DNA of 61,544 nt, taken from the IMG/VR virus record IMGVR_UViG_3300037010_000926, positions 1 to 61,544 of that record; one strand, written 5' to 3'. The notes under the pieces were generated by a model that was given only the letters and a program-made list of their open reading frames with translations, searched no databases and was not told the DNA's origin. Below are positions 54,091-61,544 of the stretch, in pieces. This DNA is from a virus (Duplodnaviria; Caudoviricetes). The translations under genes were made by a program, and so were the position numbers. Position 1 is the first letter of the stretch. Each line of letters starts with the position of its first letter.

Positions 54091-54977
54091 GCGACCTCCG
54101 CAACCCGCAGGCACGCTTCGAGCGTCAGCAGGTGCAGGTACAGCACCGGGCCAATGTCGCCGGCCTCGTCACGGGCATAGCCGCCGGCCAGGTTCCAGAC
54201 CAGGCCATAACCGTACTGGGCTTGGTGCTTGAACACCGTGGCATCGCGTTCTGCCATGCCAACGGTGTCCAGCAAGCCGCCCAGCGGGTCGTCCTTGTGC
54301 ATGTCGGCGCCAGCCTGGTAGAGCACCAGGTCGCAGCCCGCCATGTCATCCAGGGCGCGGTTGAGCCAGCCACGGAAGCCCCGAGCGGTTTGCAGGTGCT
54401 CGGATCCGATGCTGCGGTGCACGATGGTGTCGTTGCACAGCAGTGCGCCGGCATCGGTCATGCGGTCCAGGATGTCCTGGGTGCCGTTGCCCTCGTGGAA
54501 GTCACAGTCCAGGATGCCGACCTTGATGGCCCGGCCCTCGGCCAGCATCTGCAGCGCGGCGACCATGAGCCCGTTGAAGGTGCAGAAGCCCTCAGCGTGG
54601 TTCCAGCCGGCGTGGTGGAAGCCGCTGGTGGGCGAGCAGGCCACGTTGCTGGAGCGCCGACGCTTCACGCCAGGGGCATCCGTGGCCCAGCGGGCGGCGC
54701 ACACCATCGAGCCCACCGTCCAGGGCAGCGAGTCCGCCACCGAACGGCAGGTGTTGTGGAACCCGTTGGGGATGGTGCAGTTCATCACGCCACGGATGTA
54801 GTCAATGTCATGTGCCCAGCGCAGTTGGTCCTCGGTTGCCGGGGTGACGGGCTCGATGCGGATGGCGTCGGGGTGGTGGCGCAGCCAGTGGTTGACCACA
54901 CGCGCCGGCTTGGCTGCACTGGGCGAAAAGCTCTTGGCTTGTGCCGTCATGCGGGTGTCGAAAAAGACGGGAATCAT
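54087..54977 (-). CDS. Histone-deacetylase family (AcuC/HDAC-like) Zn amidohydrolase
   Basis: GFHHA, GFCTFN, ILDCDFHEGNGT, YQAGADMHKDDPLG, AGGY. Confidence 0.92.
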   Translation of the reverse strand: MIPVFFDTRMTAQAKSFSPSAAKPARVVNHWLRHHPDAIRIEPVTPATEDQLRWAHDIDYIRGVMNCTIPNGFHNTCRSVADSLPWTVGSMVCAARWATDAPGVKRRRSSNVACSPTSGFHHAGWNHAEGFCTFNGLMVAALQMLAEGRAIKVGILDCDFHEGNGTQDILDRMTDAGALLCNDTIVHRSIGSEHLQTARGFRGWLNRALDDMAGCDLVLYQAGADMHKDDPLGGLLDTVGMAERDATVFKHQAQYGYGLVWNLAGGYARDEAGDIGPVLYLHLLTLEACLRVAEVA

Positions 54978-55036
54978 GAGAACCCTCCTTGACTATGGTA
55001 GATCGCCCCCGGCCACAAGGCCAGGGGCAGCGTGGC

Positions 55037-56110
55037 TTAGGCGGCGAGCACCAGAGCCTTGGCGTTGGACACTGCATTCCAGTCACGCTGGGGCAGCTCG
55101 ATCAGCCGGTAGCCCAGCGTCTCGATCTCGGTGGCCCGGTCGTAGGATTCAATGTCCTCGGCGGTGCGGGTCACCGCATTGGCCAGGCCATAGCGGCTCA
55201 GGTCACCGCCCTGGATCAGGTGGCGCAGCACCGACTGGCGCTCACCCACTTGCAGGCCCAGGGTCGGCCCCAGCGCCTCGACGGCGGCGTTGACATCGCC
55301 CTCGATCACCTGCTTGGTGGTGTTGCCCAGCTCGTCCAGGAACTTGCGGAAAGCCGCCTCGTTGAAGGCATGGGAGATCACGTCCCGGACCTTACGCAGG
55401 ACCACCTCGTCCTCCATGCGGCGGGTCTTGTCGGACAGCAGGCCCTCCAGGTCCATGTCGATGCGCCGGCCGACGTGAGCGGCACGCAGGCCACCCTTGT
55501 CACGCACCATGCCGTTGGTGCAGACCAGGAAGTGAGCGAACGGCTTGATGCTCACCGCACCCAGGCCCACCTCGCTGTTCTGGATCAGCACACCCGTCTC
55601 GACCAGATCCCCCACCCGGCGGCTGCCAGGCACCGGGAGCTGCAGGTTGGACGACACCGCCTTGATGTACAGGCGGGACTCGGTGACTGCCGAGGACACG
55701 ATCTGCAGGCCGGGGATGTCGGACAGCACGTTGAGTGCCACCTCGGCCACTTCCAGGTTGTCCACACGCTGGTAGCGATCGGACAGCAGGGCACGGACCT
55801 GGCCATTCAGGGTGCGGACCATGCGCCGCTCGCTGGCTTTGTCCTTCAGCCAGCGGTTGACGTTGCTGGCCAGCAGGGCTTGGTCGTTGCTGCGCAGCCG
55901 GTCGTAGTAGGCGGCGGGGATGCCGGTGAACTCGCCCAGTTGCTTGTGGCCCAGGTTGGTGGAGGTCGCACTGGTGATCGAGCCGGCCACGGTGATCGTG
56001 GCGTCGTCATTCATCTGCACGGTCCCCACGGGGGCAACGTAGTCGGCCTTGGTCGCAGCCTGGTCCTGGAGGGTGGCGGCGAGTTGGCTCAGGGACAGCA
56101 TTTGCTTCAT
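55037..56110 (-). CDS. DUF932-family protein
   Basis: RALLSDRYQRVDN, IQNSEVGLG, LVCTNGM, YGLANAVTRTA. Confidence 0.8.
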   Translation of the reverse strand: MKQMLSLSQLAATLQDQAATKADYVAPVGTVQMNDDATITVAGSITSATSTNLGHKQLGEFTGIPAAYYDRLRSNDQALLASNVNRWLKDKASERRMVRTLNGQVRALLSDRYQRVDNLEVAEVALNVLSDIPGLQIVSSAVTESRLYIKAVSSNLQLPVPGSRRVGDLVETGVLIQNSEVGLGAVSIKPFAHFLVCTNGMVRDKGGLRAAHVGRRIDMDLEGLLSDKTRRMEDEVVLRKVRDVISHAFNEAAFRKFLDELGNTTKQVIEGDVNAAVEALGPTLGLQVGERQSVLRHLIQGGDLSRYGLANAVTRTAEDIESYDRATEIETLGYRLIELPQRDWNAVSNAKALVLAA

Positions 56111-56135
56111 GGTGAACTTTCAAAGTTGCGGGAAC

Positions 56136-56159
56136 AAAAAAGCCACCCGAAGGTGGCTT
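56136..56159 (-). terminator. Intrinsic terminator-like hairpin upstream of the DUF932 gene
   Basis: Minus strand AAGCCACC-TTCG-GGTGGCTTTTT. Confidence 0.7.
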
Positions 56160-56183
56160 GGTGGGTCGGGATGACCTCACTCG

Positions 56184-56426
56184 TCAGCGCCCCGGGGTGG
56201 GGCGCTGCACGGCTGGGGTCGCACACTGAAGCGAGGTGAGGGTGGGTCCAGGCAGACCCACACAAGGGCGGTGGAGCCGGTCAATGGACCCTGGGTGCCA
56301 CTTGCTGGGTTCGCTTGGCAGGCTGTGGGTGGACACCGTAATTTGCTCGCCGTTCGTGGCCTTGGCCTGGATCCTGGATGGCAGCCGAGCTGTGTACGGC
56401 ATGTATCGCGTCGTGATCGTTTGCAT
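56184..56426 (-). CDS. Hypothetical early protein
   Basis: AGGAG RBS; MQTITTRY...SRIQAKA. Confidence 0.6.
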   Translation of the reverse strand: MQTITTRYMPYTARLPSRIQAKATNGEQITVSTHSLPSEPSKWHPGSIDRLHRPCVGLPGPTLTSLQCATPAVQRPTPGR

Positions 56427-56533
56427 AAAAACTCCTGGTGTGAATAGTTCAGCCTCAGGCATTTACCTGGGTGGCCGGCTCTGGGGTGAATAGTTCGGCG
56501 GTGGCCACAAACAGAGCGCCGCGATCGACCAGA

Positions 56534-56809
56534 TCACGGATGTGTGCGCCCATTGCCTGCTCCATGAAAAAGCCAACCCACCCGGATCGCCATGCGGGGG
56601 TAAAACTCACACACAAAGCCCAGCTTGCTGGCGCTGTCCATCACCCCTTGCTGGCTGCTGTTGCCATAGCTGCCGGCGTTGGCGATCAGGTTGGCCACTA
56701 CGGTGCAGATCGAGCTGACCGCCCCATCGCTCTTGCAGAGCTTGGCGGCGTCGGCCAGATCAGCCAGCGTGGCCTGCAGCACGTCATCGTGCAAAGTCAC
56801 TTTGGGCAT
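56534..56809 (-). CDS. Hypothetical early protein
   Basis: AAGGAG RBS. Confidence 0.6.
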   Translation of the reverse strand: MPKVTLHDDVLQATLADLADAAKLCKSDGAVSSICTVVANLIANAGSYGNSSQQGVMDSASKLGFVCEFYPRMAIRVGWLFHGAGNGRTHP

Positions 56810-57032
56810 CTCGCACTCCTTTGTTGAAGACCATGGCGTTGACCACGCCGGTCAGGTTCTGATTGCTGACCTTCAGCGATGCGCCCAAGCCCTCCATGGC
56901 CAGGCGAATCGTTTTTGGTTCCAGCGTCTTGGTGCCGGCGATGTTGGCCAGCGCTTTGGCGTGGTCGTTGACCGGGTACAGCCGCCAGACCCCGTAGGTT
57001 TGACGGGGCTCGATGTAGACGGTGATGGGCAT
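56784..57032 (-). CDS. Hypothetical early protein
   Basis: AAGGAGG RBS; YG...YPVNDHAKALANIAGTKTL. Confidence 0.75.
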   Translation of the reverse strand: MPITVYIEPRQTYGVWRLYPVNDHAKALANIAGTKTLEPKTIRLAMEGLGASLKVSNQNLTGVVNAMVFNKGVRDAQSDFAR

Positions 57033-57229
57033 CAGCCCTCCTTGTGAATGACGGGGTCGCCCTTCACCTCGTAGCCAATCTGACGCAGGATGCGTCTGGC
57101 TTCGAGGATGTTTTGGCGATCGGTGTTCGTGGCCCCGAGCATCAGGTCGAAGTCGCGGGCCTTGAACGGGTTGTGGGACTCAGGCTGTTTCACCTGAGCG
57201 GTGACGCGGCGTGATGTGACGTGGCTCAT
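57032..57229 (-). CDS. Hypothetical early protein
   Basis: TGATG-coupled to the next gene. Confidence 0.6.
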   Translation of the reverse strand: MSHVTSRRVTAQVKQPESHNPFKARDFDLMLGATNTDRQNILEARRILRQIGYEVKGDPVIHKEG

Positions 57230-57388
57230 TGCCGGCACCGCCACGCCGAGCCGGGCACCAGCACCTTGAGCGTCACCTCCAGCGGGATGCCTTGCTTGCG
57301 CATCGCCTTGGCGGTGGCTAGGGTGCCGCAGGTGATCTGGCGGTTGCGCCACTTGTAGAGCAGCACCAGGGCTGCCTGGATCACAGCG

Positions 57389-57658
57389 TCAGCCCGCATG
57401 GCTCGGCTGCTCCAGCGGGGTCACGGAGCGACCACTGACAAGGTGGATGACCCACGCCACTGGAACCATCTCGCTCAGCTTGCCGACGTTCACGGTGTTG
57501 GGGTGCAGGGCGTTGATCGCCGTCATGGCCCCGGTGAAAAACTCGATCTCGGCCCGCTTATAGGCCATGGTGTTGGGGGCGAGGCCTCGCGCCTTGGCGC
57601 GGCTGTGCCAAGTGTTTTCGATGTCCAGTTGCAGCCTGGCTTTATCGGGTGTTGACAT
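57389..57658 (-). CDS. Hypothetical early protein
   Basis: AAGGAG RBS after a hairpin element. Confidence 0.7.
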   Translation of the reverse strand: MSTPDKARLQLDIENTWHSRAKARGLAPNTMAYKRAEIEFFTGAMTAINALHPNTVNVGKLSEMVPVAWVIHLVSGRSVTPLEQPSHAG

Positions 57659-57891
57659 GAACTCTCCTTGTCGTGCGGGGATCGCACTCGCAAGCCCACC
57701 GAGGTGGGCAAGCGGCTGAGATCGGTAGACGGTCAGCCTGTCAGGTAGACCTTAGGGCGTGGGCAAGCTGTAGAAGGCTGCTGCGATCGAGCCACCAAAC
57801 ACGGCCAGCACAATCACAGCGTCGACCACCGTGGCAGCGGCTTCCATCAGCCGCTCGGCCCAGTCGTCTTCCTCGGGTTTGTAGTCATCAA

Positions 57892-58371
57892 TCACAGCCA
57901 GCCCTCCTTCGAGCTGAAGCCCAGACCCATGGCGCCTTTGTGCTGGCCGTTCTTGGGCTGGAAAAACGCCTCCCCGTTGCTGAAGGTGCCTTGCTTGACC
58001 AGATCCTGGCCAAACACGCCTGACACCGTGGCGGTGAACTTGGGACCGATCGAGTCGATCCAGCGGTCCCGCAGGCCTTCCCAGCCGGGCCGCTCACACC
58101 AGTCGGGCTCCTTGGGGACCACCCAGATGGCCACCAGGCCGTAGTATTCGCTCACACCAAAGTAGGCGAAGCTGTTGCCGGCAATAGCGCGGTCCTCGCG
58201 GTCCAGCCAGCGGTCGTCGGGGGAGACGCTGGCAAAGGTGGCGCACAGGGCATCGCGCAAATCACCCAGCTTGAATCGGAAAACGTAGCTGGCGCAGTCG
58301 TCGTCCTCACACTCAAAGGACTGGTAAACGACGTGCCGGGCGTCGGTTGGGGTTGAAACTGATCGGCCCAT
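57892..58371 (-). CDS. Conserved phage hypothetical protein
   Basis: AAGGAG RBS; MGRSVSTP...GVSEYYGL...GTFSNGEAFF. Confidence 0.75.
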   Translation of the reverse strand: MGRSVSTPTDARHVVYQSFECEDDDCASYVFRFKLGDLRDALCATFASVSPDDRWLDREDRAIAGNSFAYFGVSEYYGLVAIWVVPKEPDWCERPGWEGLRDRWIDSIGPKFTATVSGVFGQDLVKQGTFSNGEAFFQPKNGQHKGAMGLGFSSKEGWL

Positions 58372-58445
58372 AGGGGTTCTCCTTATATGGCGATGCACAG
58401 CGCATCGGTCAGCGCTCCTGGGTGAAGCGCTGCACCGATGGGTTG

Positions 58446-58679
58446 TCAGTTGAAGGGCACCCAGGTGCCATCGGCGTAGTGGCCTGCGGTGCCGGCTATC
58501 ACCAGTGGCAGGGTGTTGAAGCCGCCACTGGCGTCCATGCACAACCTGTAGCCAGCCAATGGGCCATTGAGGCAAAAGACCATGCGGCGGCTGATGCGGC
58601 GGGTGCGGACCACCCTGGGTGGGCTCATCTTCCTGCCCACTCGGCCGGTGTAGATGCAGGGGTTGCGGGGGCGTCTCAT
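58446..58679 (-). CDS. Hypothetical early protein
   Basis: AAAGGAG RBS. Confidence 0.6.
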   Translation of the reverse strand: MRRPRNPCIYTGRVGRKMSPPRVVRTRRISRRMVFCLNGPLAGYRLCMDASGGFNTLPLVIAGTAGHYADGTWVPFN

Positions 58680-58742
58680 CGGGGCTCTCCTTTCGACGTG
58701 GTGACACTGGTCAGCGCCCCGCAAGGCGCTGCACCGCTGTCA

Positions 58743-59027
58743 TCAGAGGAAGTCGGGGCCGACGATGAAGCCGGCGTCACGCAGGGCGTGGCCCACCTCA
58801 CCAGGCAAGGCCATGGCCCCGTCGAAGTCGGTCAGCTCATTGCCGTTGAACCACAGGCCGCCGCCACACTCATCGCCGCGCTGCTTGTGCTCAAAGTGAC
58901 CGTGGCCTTCGGCCTGGTCGACCTTGATGGTGAAGTTCGCTGTCGAGCAGTCACGCTCAGGCAACATCGACGCCAGCGCTTGCGCCGCTGGGTGTTCGAC
59001 GTTCTTGTGTGCAGGGATATGGAACAT
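58743..59027 (-). CDS. Hypothetical early protein
   Basis: AGGAG RBS; GLWFNGNELTDFDG. Confidence 0.7.
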   Translation of the reverse strand: MFHIPAHKNVEHPAAQALASMLPERDCSTANFTIKVDQAEGHGHFEHKQRGDECGGGLWFNGNELTDFDGAMALPGEVGHALRDAGFIVGPDFL

Positions 59028-59089
59028 GGCATCTCCTGGTGATGTGCGGGGATCGCACTCACTTGGGCTGGTTGCCCAAGTGGCTGAGA

Positions 59090-59302
59090 TCAAGCGGTGG
59101 TGGGGGCCGAGCGGATGGCGGCAGCCTCGGCGGCGTACTTCTCGAACAGGTCCGGGAAGGCGTCGTGTAGGCGCTGCTGGTTGTAGGCATCGGCATACAG
59201 GAGGGCCGAGCCGATGTTGTGAGCGAAGCTGCCACCGCCGGTCTTCATGAGCTGGGCGGCACGCAGCGCTACGTCAAACTGCTGGCTGGTCATGCGGGAC
59301 AT
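59090..59302 (-). CDS. Hypothetical early protein
   Basis: AAGGAG RBS; GGSFA...ADAYNQQRLHDAFPDLFEKY. Confidence 0.75.
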   Translation of the reverse strand: MSRMTSQQFDVALRAAQLMKTGGGSFAHNIGSALLYADAYNQQRLHDAFPDLFEKYAAEAAAIRSAPTTA

Positions 59303-59522
59303 CGCTACTCCTTGGGGTTGAGGGCAGCACCACCTCCTTGAGGAGGTCTACTGCCATGGCCGGGCTGTGACCGTTGCCCAGAAGGCGCCGGTAGAAAGGC
59401 TCAACGGCATCCCGGATGCGCCGCTGGGTTTGGGGATCGCGCTGGTCCAGGTCACGCAGCGAGTGCATCGCTACGTTGGCCTGGATCAGGATGAAAGCGT
59501 CGGTGTCTTGCAGTCGCTGCAT
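59274..59522 (-). CDS. Hypothetical early protein
   Basis: AGGAGG RBS. Confidence 0.65.
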   Translation of the reverse strand: MQRLQDTDAFILIQANVAMHSLRDLDQRDPQTQRRIRDAVEPFYRRLLGNGHSPAMAVDLLKEVVLPSTPRSSDVPHDQPAV

Positions 59523-59767
59523 GGCGCCTCCTGGCTCAGGGGTTGGACCAGATGCCGCATCGCTGAGCCGATGTGGTCATCGTTGAGGTAGGGGTACAGC
59601 TCGCTGCACACAAAGGGGATCAGGCCGGCGGCACGCAGCAGATCCCAGTGATAGCGAAGGTCGCTGAGGTTGGAGGCCACATACCCCGCACGGTTTGCTG
59701 GGGTGTCCAGGGGCTTGATCGCTTCCTGGATCCGGGCCTGGTGCTCGGGGGTCATCTTCAGAGCCAT
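59486..59767 (-). CDS. Hypothetical early protein
   Basis: AGGAG RBS; RYHWDLL...LYPYLNDDHI. Confidence 0.7.
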   Translation of the reverse strand: MALKMTPEHQARIQEAIKPLDTPANRAGYVASNLSDLRYHWDLLRAAGLIPFVCSELYPYLNDDHIGSAMRHLVQPLSQEAPCSDCKTPTLSS

Positions 59768-59823
59768 GCGTTCTCCTGTTGATCGCACTCACCAGCCCAC
59801 CGTGATGGGCTGCGTGGCTGAGA

Positions 59824-60114
59824 TCAGTGCTGGAGCTGGGCAGCCAGCTCACCGAGGGACTTCTTGCCCTTGCCCTTGGCCACCGCAGGGGTGGGTGCCG
59901 GGGCAGGGGCAGGGGCCGCCTCGACAGCGGCACCGTTGACCCAGCCGTCGACCAGCGCCTGGTGCTCACCAGCCTTCACGGCACGGATGGCACGGCGGGG
60001 GGACTCGGCACAGGCATGGACCAGGTGGCGATAGTCCCGGTCGGTGAAGTGGGGGACGATGTGACCGACGTGGCGACGAACACGGGCGGTCTTGGAGGCA
60101 AGCAGAGTGGCCAT
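59824..60114 (-). CDS. Hypothetical early protein (first of the leftward operon)
   Basis: AAGGAG RBS. Confidence 0.65.
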   Translation of the reverse strand: MATLLASKTARVRRHVGHIVPHFTDRDYRHLVHACAESPRRAIRAVKAGEHQALVDGWVNGAAVEAAPAPAPAPTPAVAKGKGKKSLGELAAQLQH

Positions 60115-60513
60115 GTGATGGCTCCTTGAGTGGGTGACAGTGCGGATCGCACTCACAAGCCCAGCGAGCTGGGCAAGTGGCTGAAATCAGCCTCGCTGCG
60201 TCTCCACCACTCATCCCGAGCGGCACGCAGCCCCACCAGTCACATCGGTGGGGGGGGGTGTCCTTGATTCGTTGGTCCCAAGTTGTGGGATCACCTCTCG
60301 CCACGGGCCAGGGCCTTGGGCTTCCCTTCGGTCACATGACCTCCGGAGTCCGACGATTGCTGCGCCGTTCAGGTCGGTACGTTCGGTTCGCTGCAGGTGG
60401 TGGGCTCTGCTTCGCTCGGCTTCAGGTGCTGCCTCACTCGGCCTATCGGCGCCACCAGGCTGGTCCCAGCTACTGGCCGTCTCATTCAGCGTTGCCGCCG
60501 AATCGACGACCAA

Positions 60514-60543
60514 ATTGTCTGCCGAAAAGGTATACCGAGTCAA
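60514..60543 (-). promoter_or_regulatory. Leftward early promoter with operator
   Basis: TTGACT-N18-GACAAT; operator GTCTGCCGAAAAGGTATAC at 60517-60535. Confidence 0.6.
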
Positions 60544-60673
60544 CCAAAACGAAACGACGGCAACCCCCTAAAGGGGCAATTCCCGACTGGTTTGGAGGGG
60601 CAATCCGAAGGATTCAGATGCGCGATCACGTCGCACAAGGCCTGGATACCCAGATGGTGTACATGATGCGTGA

Positions 60674-60895
60674 CAAGCACTTAGCGCATTTCTGCAGTGC
60701 ATCTGCGCAGCAGGTTTGGGCCTGTGTACAAGTTGTGCACACCTTATCAACAAGTAATGGAATCAAGCACTTAGGCGATTTCTGCAGTGCATCTGCGTGC
60801 AAGTCTGTTACGCTGACAGTAACTAATCGTTTCAAAATCTGTGGATAACTTATCCACAACGCGCGCCTGACAACAACTTAGGCCATTTCTGCACA
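60674..60895. repeat. Non-coding repeat region with IHF-like site and inverted DnaA-box pair
   Basis: CAAGCACTTAG...ATTTCTGCAGTGCATCTGCG twice plus a partial copy; AATCAAGCACTTA at 60761; TGTGGATAA-C-TTATCCACA at 60840-60858. Confidence 0.7.
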
Positions 60896-60988
60896 CGAAA
60901 CCGATACATAGGTAAGGTGTTCTTCCTACGTCAGAACCCCTTACCCGTCGACTGGCGTCGACCGGCTGGAGCTTTGGTTGACAAAAGG

Positions 60989-61016
60989 TTGACAAATTGC
61001 ACCGCGCAGGTAGACT
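60989..61016 (+). promoter_or_regulatory. Rightward sigma70 promoter with operator
   Basis: TTGACA-N16-TAGACT; operator-like 60997-61015. Confidence 0.65.
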
Positions 61017-61023
61017 GCGCAGC

Positions 61024-61239
61024 ATGTTGACCGTTTCGTCTACCTCACCGACGGATGCCAGGGAGCAGTGCTACTGGCTTTTGACCAAGGAATCCCCTCG
61101 CCGGGTGGTCGTTGACAGCGACCTGGGGCCTGGCCAGTGGTACGTGGTCCGGGCACCGTCCGAGTACGAGCTGGCCGCCGCGCGGCGCCTGAACGGGGTG
61201 CAAGGCACCACTCAGGCTCAGGAGCCGGCCCATGGCTGA
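61024..61239 (+). CDS. Hypothetical protein (probably leaderless)
   Basis: ATG 8 nt after the -10 hexamer. Confidence 0.55.
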   Translation: MLTVSSTSPTDAREQCYWLLTKESPRRVVVDSDLGPGQWYVVRAPSEYELAAARRLNGVQGTTQAQEPAHG

Positions 61240-61544
61240 GGTCACGTTCATGGTCGGTGGCCGGGAGGTCACAGCCGGTGATCTGGCCAAGGTGGCGGCG
61301 GCCCAACCCAAGGCCAAGCGGGCGCCATCGGATCGACCCAAGAAGGTGGCCAACCGCGCTGACGCGAAGTACAGCATGGGCTTCCTGGTCACCGGCTTCA
61401 CCCGCGAGCACATCGAGAAGGCCAAGGCCTTGCACGTCCACGAGCGCGAGGCCGCCATCGAGCACAACCGCAGGCTTGGTGGCCATGACCCGCTGCGCGT
61501 TGCCATCCCGGCAGTCTGGGATGAGGCCAAGTACCTGCGCACCT
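61232..61544 (+). CDS. 5' part of hypothetical protein continuing to position 249
   Basis: AGGAG RBS; frame open through the circular junction. Confidence 0.75.
   Translation, partial: MAEVTFMVGGREVTAGDLAKVAAAQPKAKRAPSDRPKKVANRADAKYSMGFLVTGFTREHIEKAKALHVHEREAAIEHNRRLGGHDPLRVAIPAVWDEAKYLRT
61418..61544. repeat. Terminal direct repeat, copy 2
   Basis: Identical to 1-127. Confidence 0.95.

Larger units (their letters stand above)
56173..60188 (-). repeat. Family of seven intergenic bulged hairpins (56173-56220, 57680-57723, 58397-58446, 58702-58742, 59051-59091, 59781-59825, 60145-60188)
   Basis: GATCGCACTC...GGCTGARATC in four copies; TCAGCGC...GCGCTGCAC in three; variable inner stems stay paired. 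Confidence 0.8.

Noticed and set aside
59667-59675. Minus-strand CTCCAACCT copy as a late promoter
   Set aside because: Inside a CDS, and the hexamer at N13 (TATCAC) lacks the conserved final T
56173-60188. CRISPR array
   Set aside because: Repeats are separated by whole genes of variable length, not spacers, and no cas operon is present; the Cas4-like gene is a phage exonuclease
61418-61544. 127-bp terminal repeat as a biological DTR
   Set aside because: It falls mid-gene and its length equals a common assembler k-mer, so it is best read as circular overlap

Overview
This window is a complete, circularly assembled temperate phage genome of about 61.4 kb. Bases 1-127 are repeated exactly at 61418-61544, and attP is intact. 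The gene set suggests a podovirus: P22-like terminase and portal, an N4-gp56-type major capsid, ejection proteins including a 3143-aa polyvalent protein, holin/transglycosylase/Rz-Rz1 lysis genes, a lambda-type integrase with xis targeting a tRNA-Gly 3' end, CI/Cro, DnaB, NinB, RecT-like and exonuclease genes, and accessory genes (HDAC family, PhoD-like, DnaJ, KTSC, MazG-like, CsrA-like, DUF932). The GC-rich composition and tRNA fragment suggest a betaproteobacterial host (inference). The main unexpected feature is an integron-type cassette array at 42069-45805: about 10 attC-like sites delimit 9 cassettes with complementary ends, and no intI gene is present. All cassette ORFs are inverted relative to attC, so they run with the phage early-left operon, and several use RBS, start or stop codons inside the attC. 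A separate 531-bp attC cassette is inserted in frame at a GTT inside a small phage gene (2819-3349). Also seen: a dispersed 19-bp operator family, a CTCCAACCT late-promoter motif, seven intergenic hairpins in the early operon, nested RBS-led ORFs in the giant gene, and a DnaA-box/IHF repeat region. All functional calls come from motif recognition by eye; no database searches were run.
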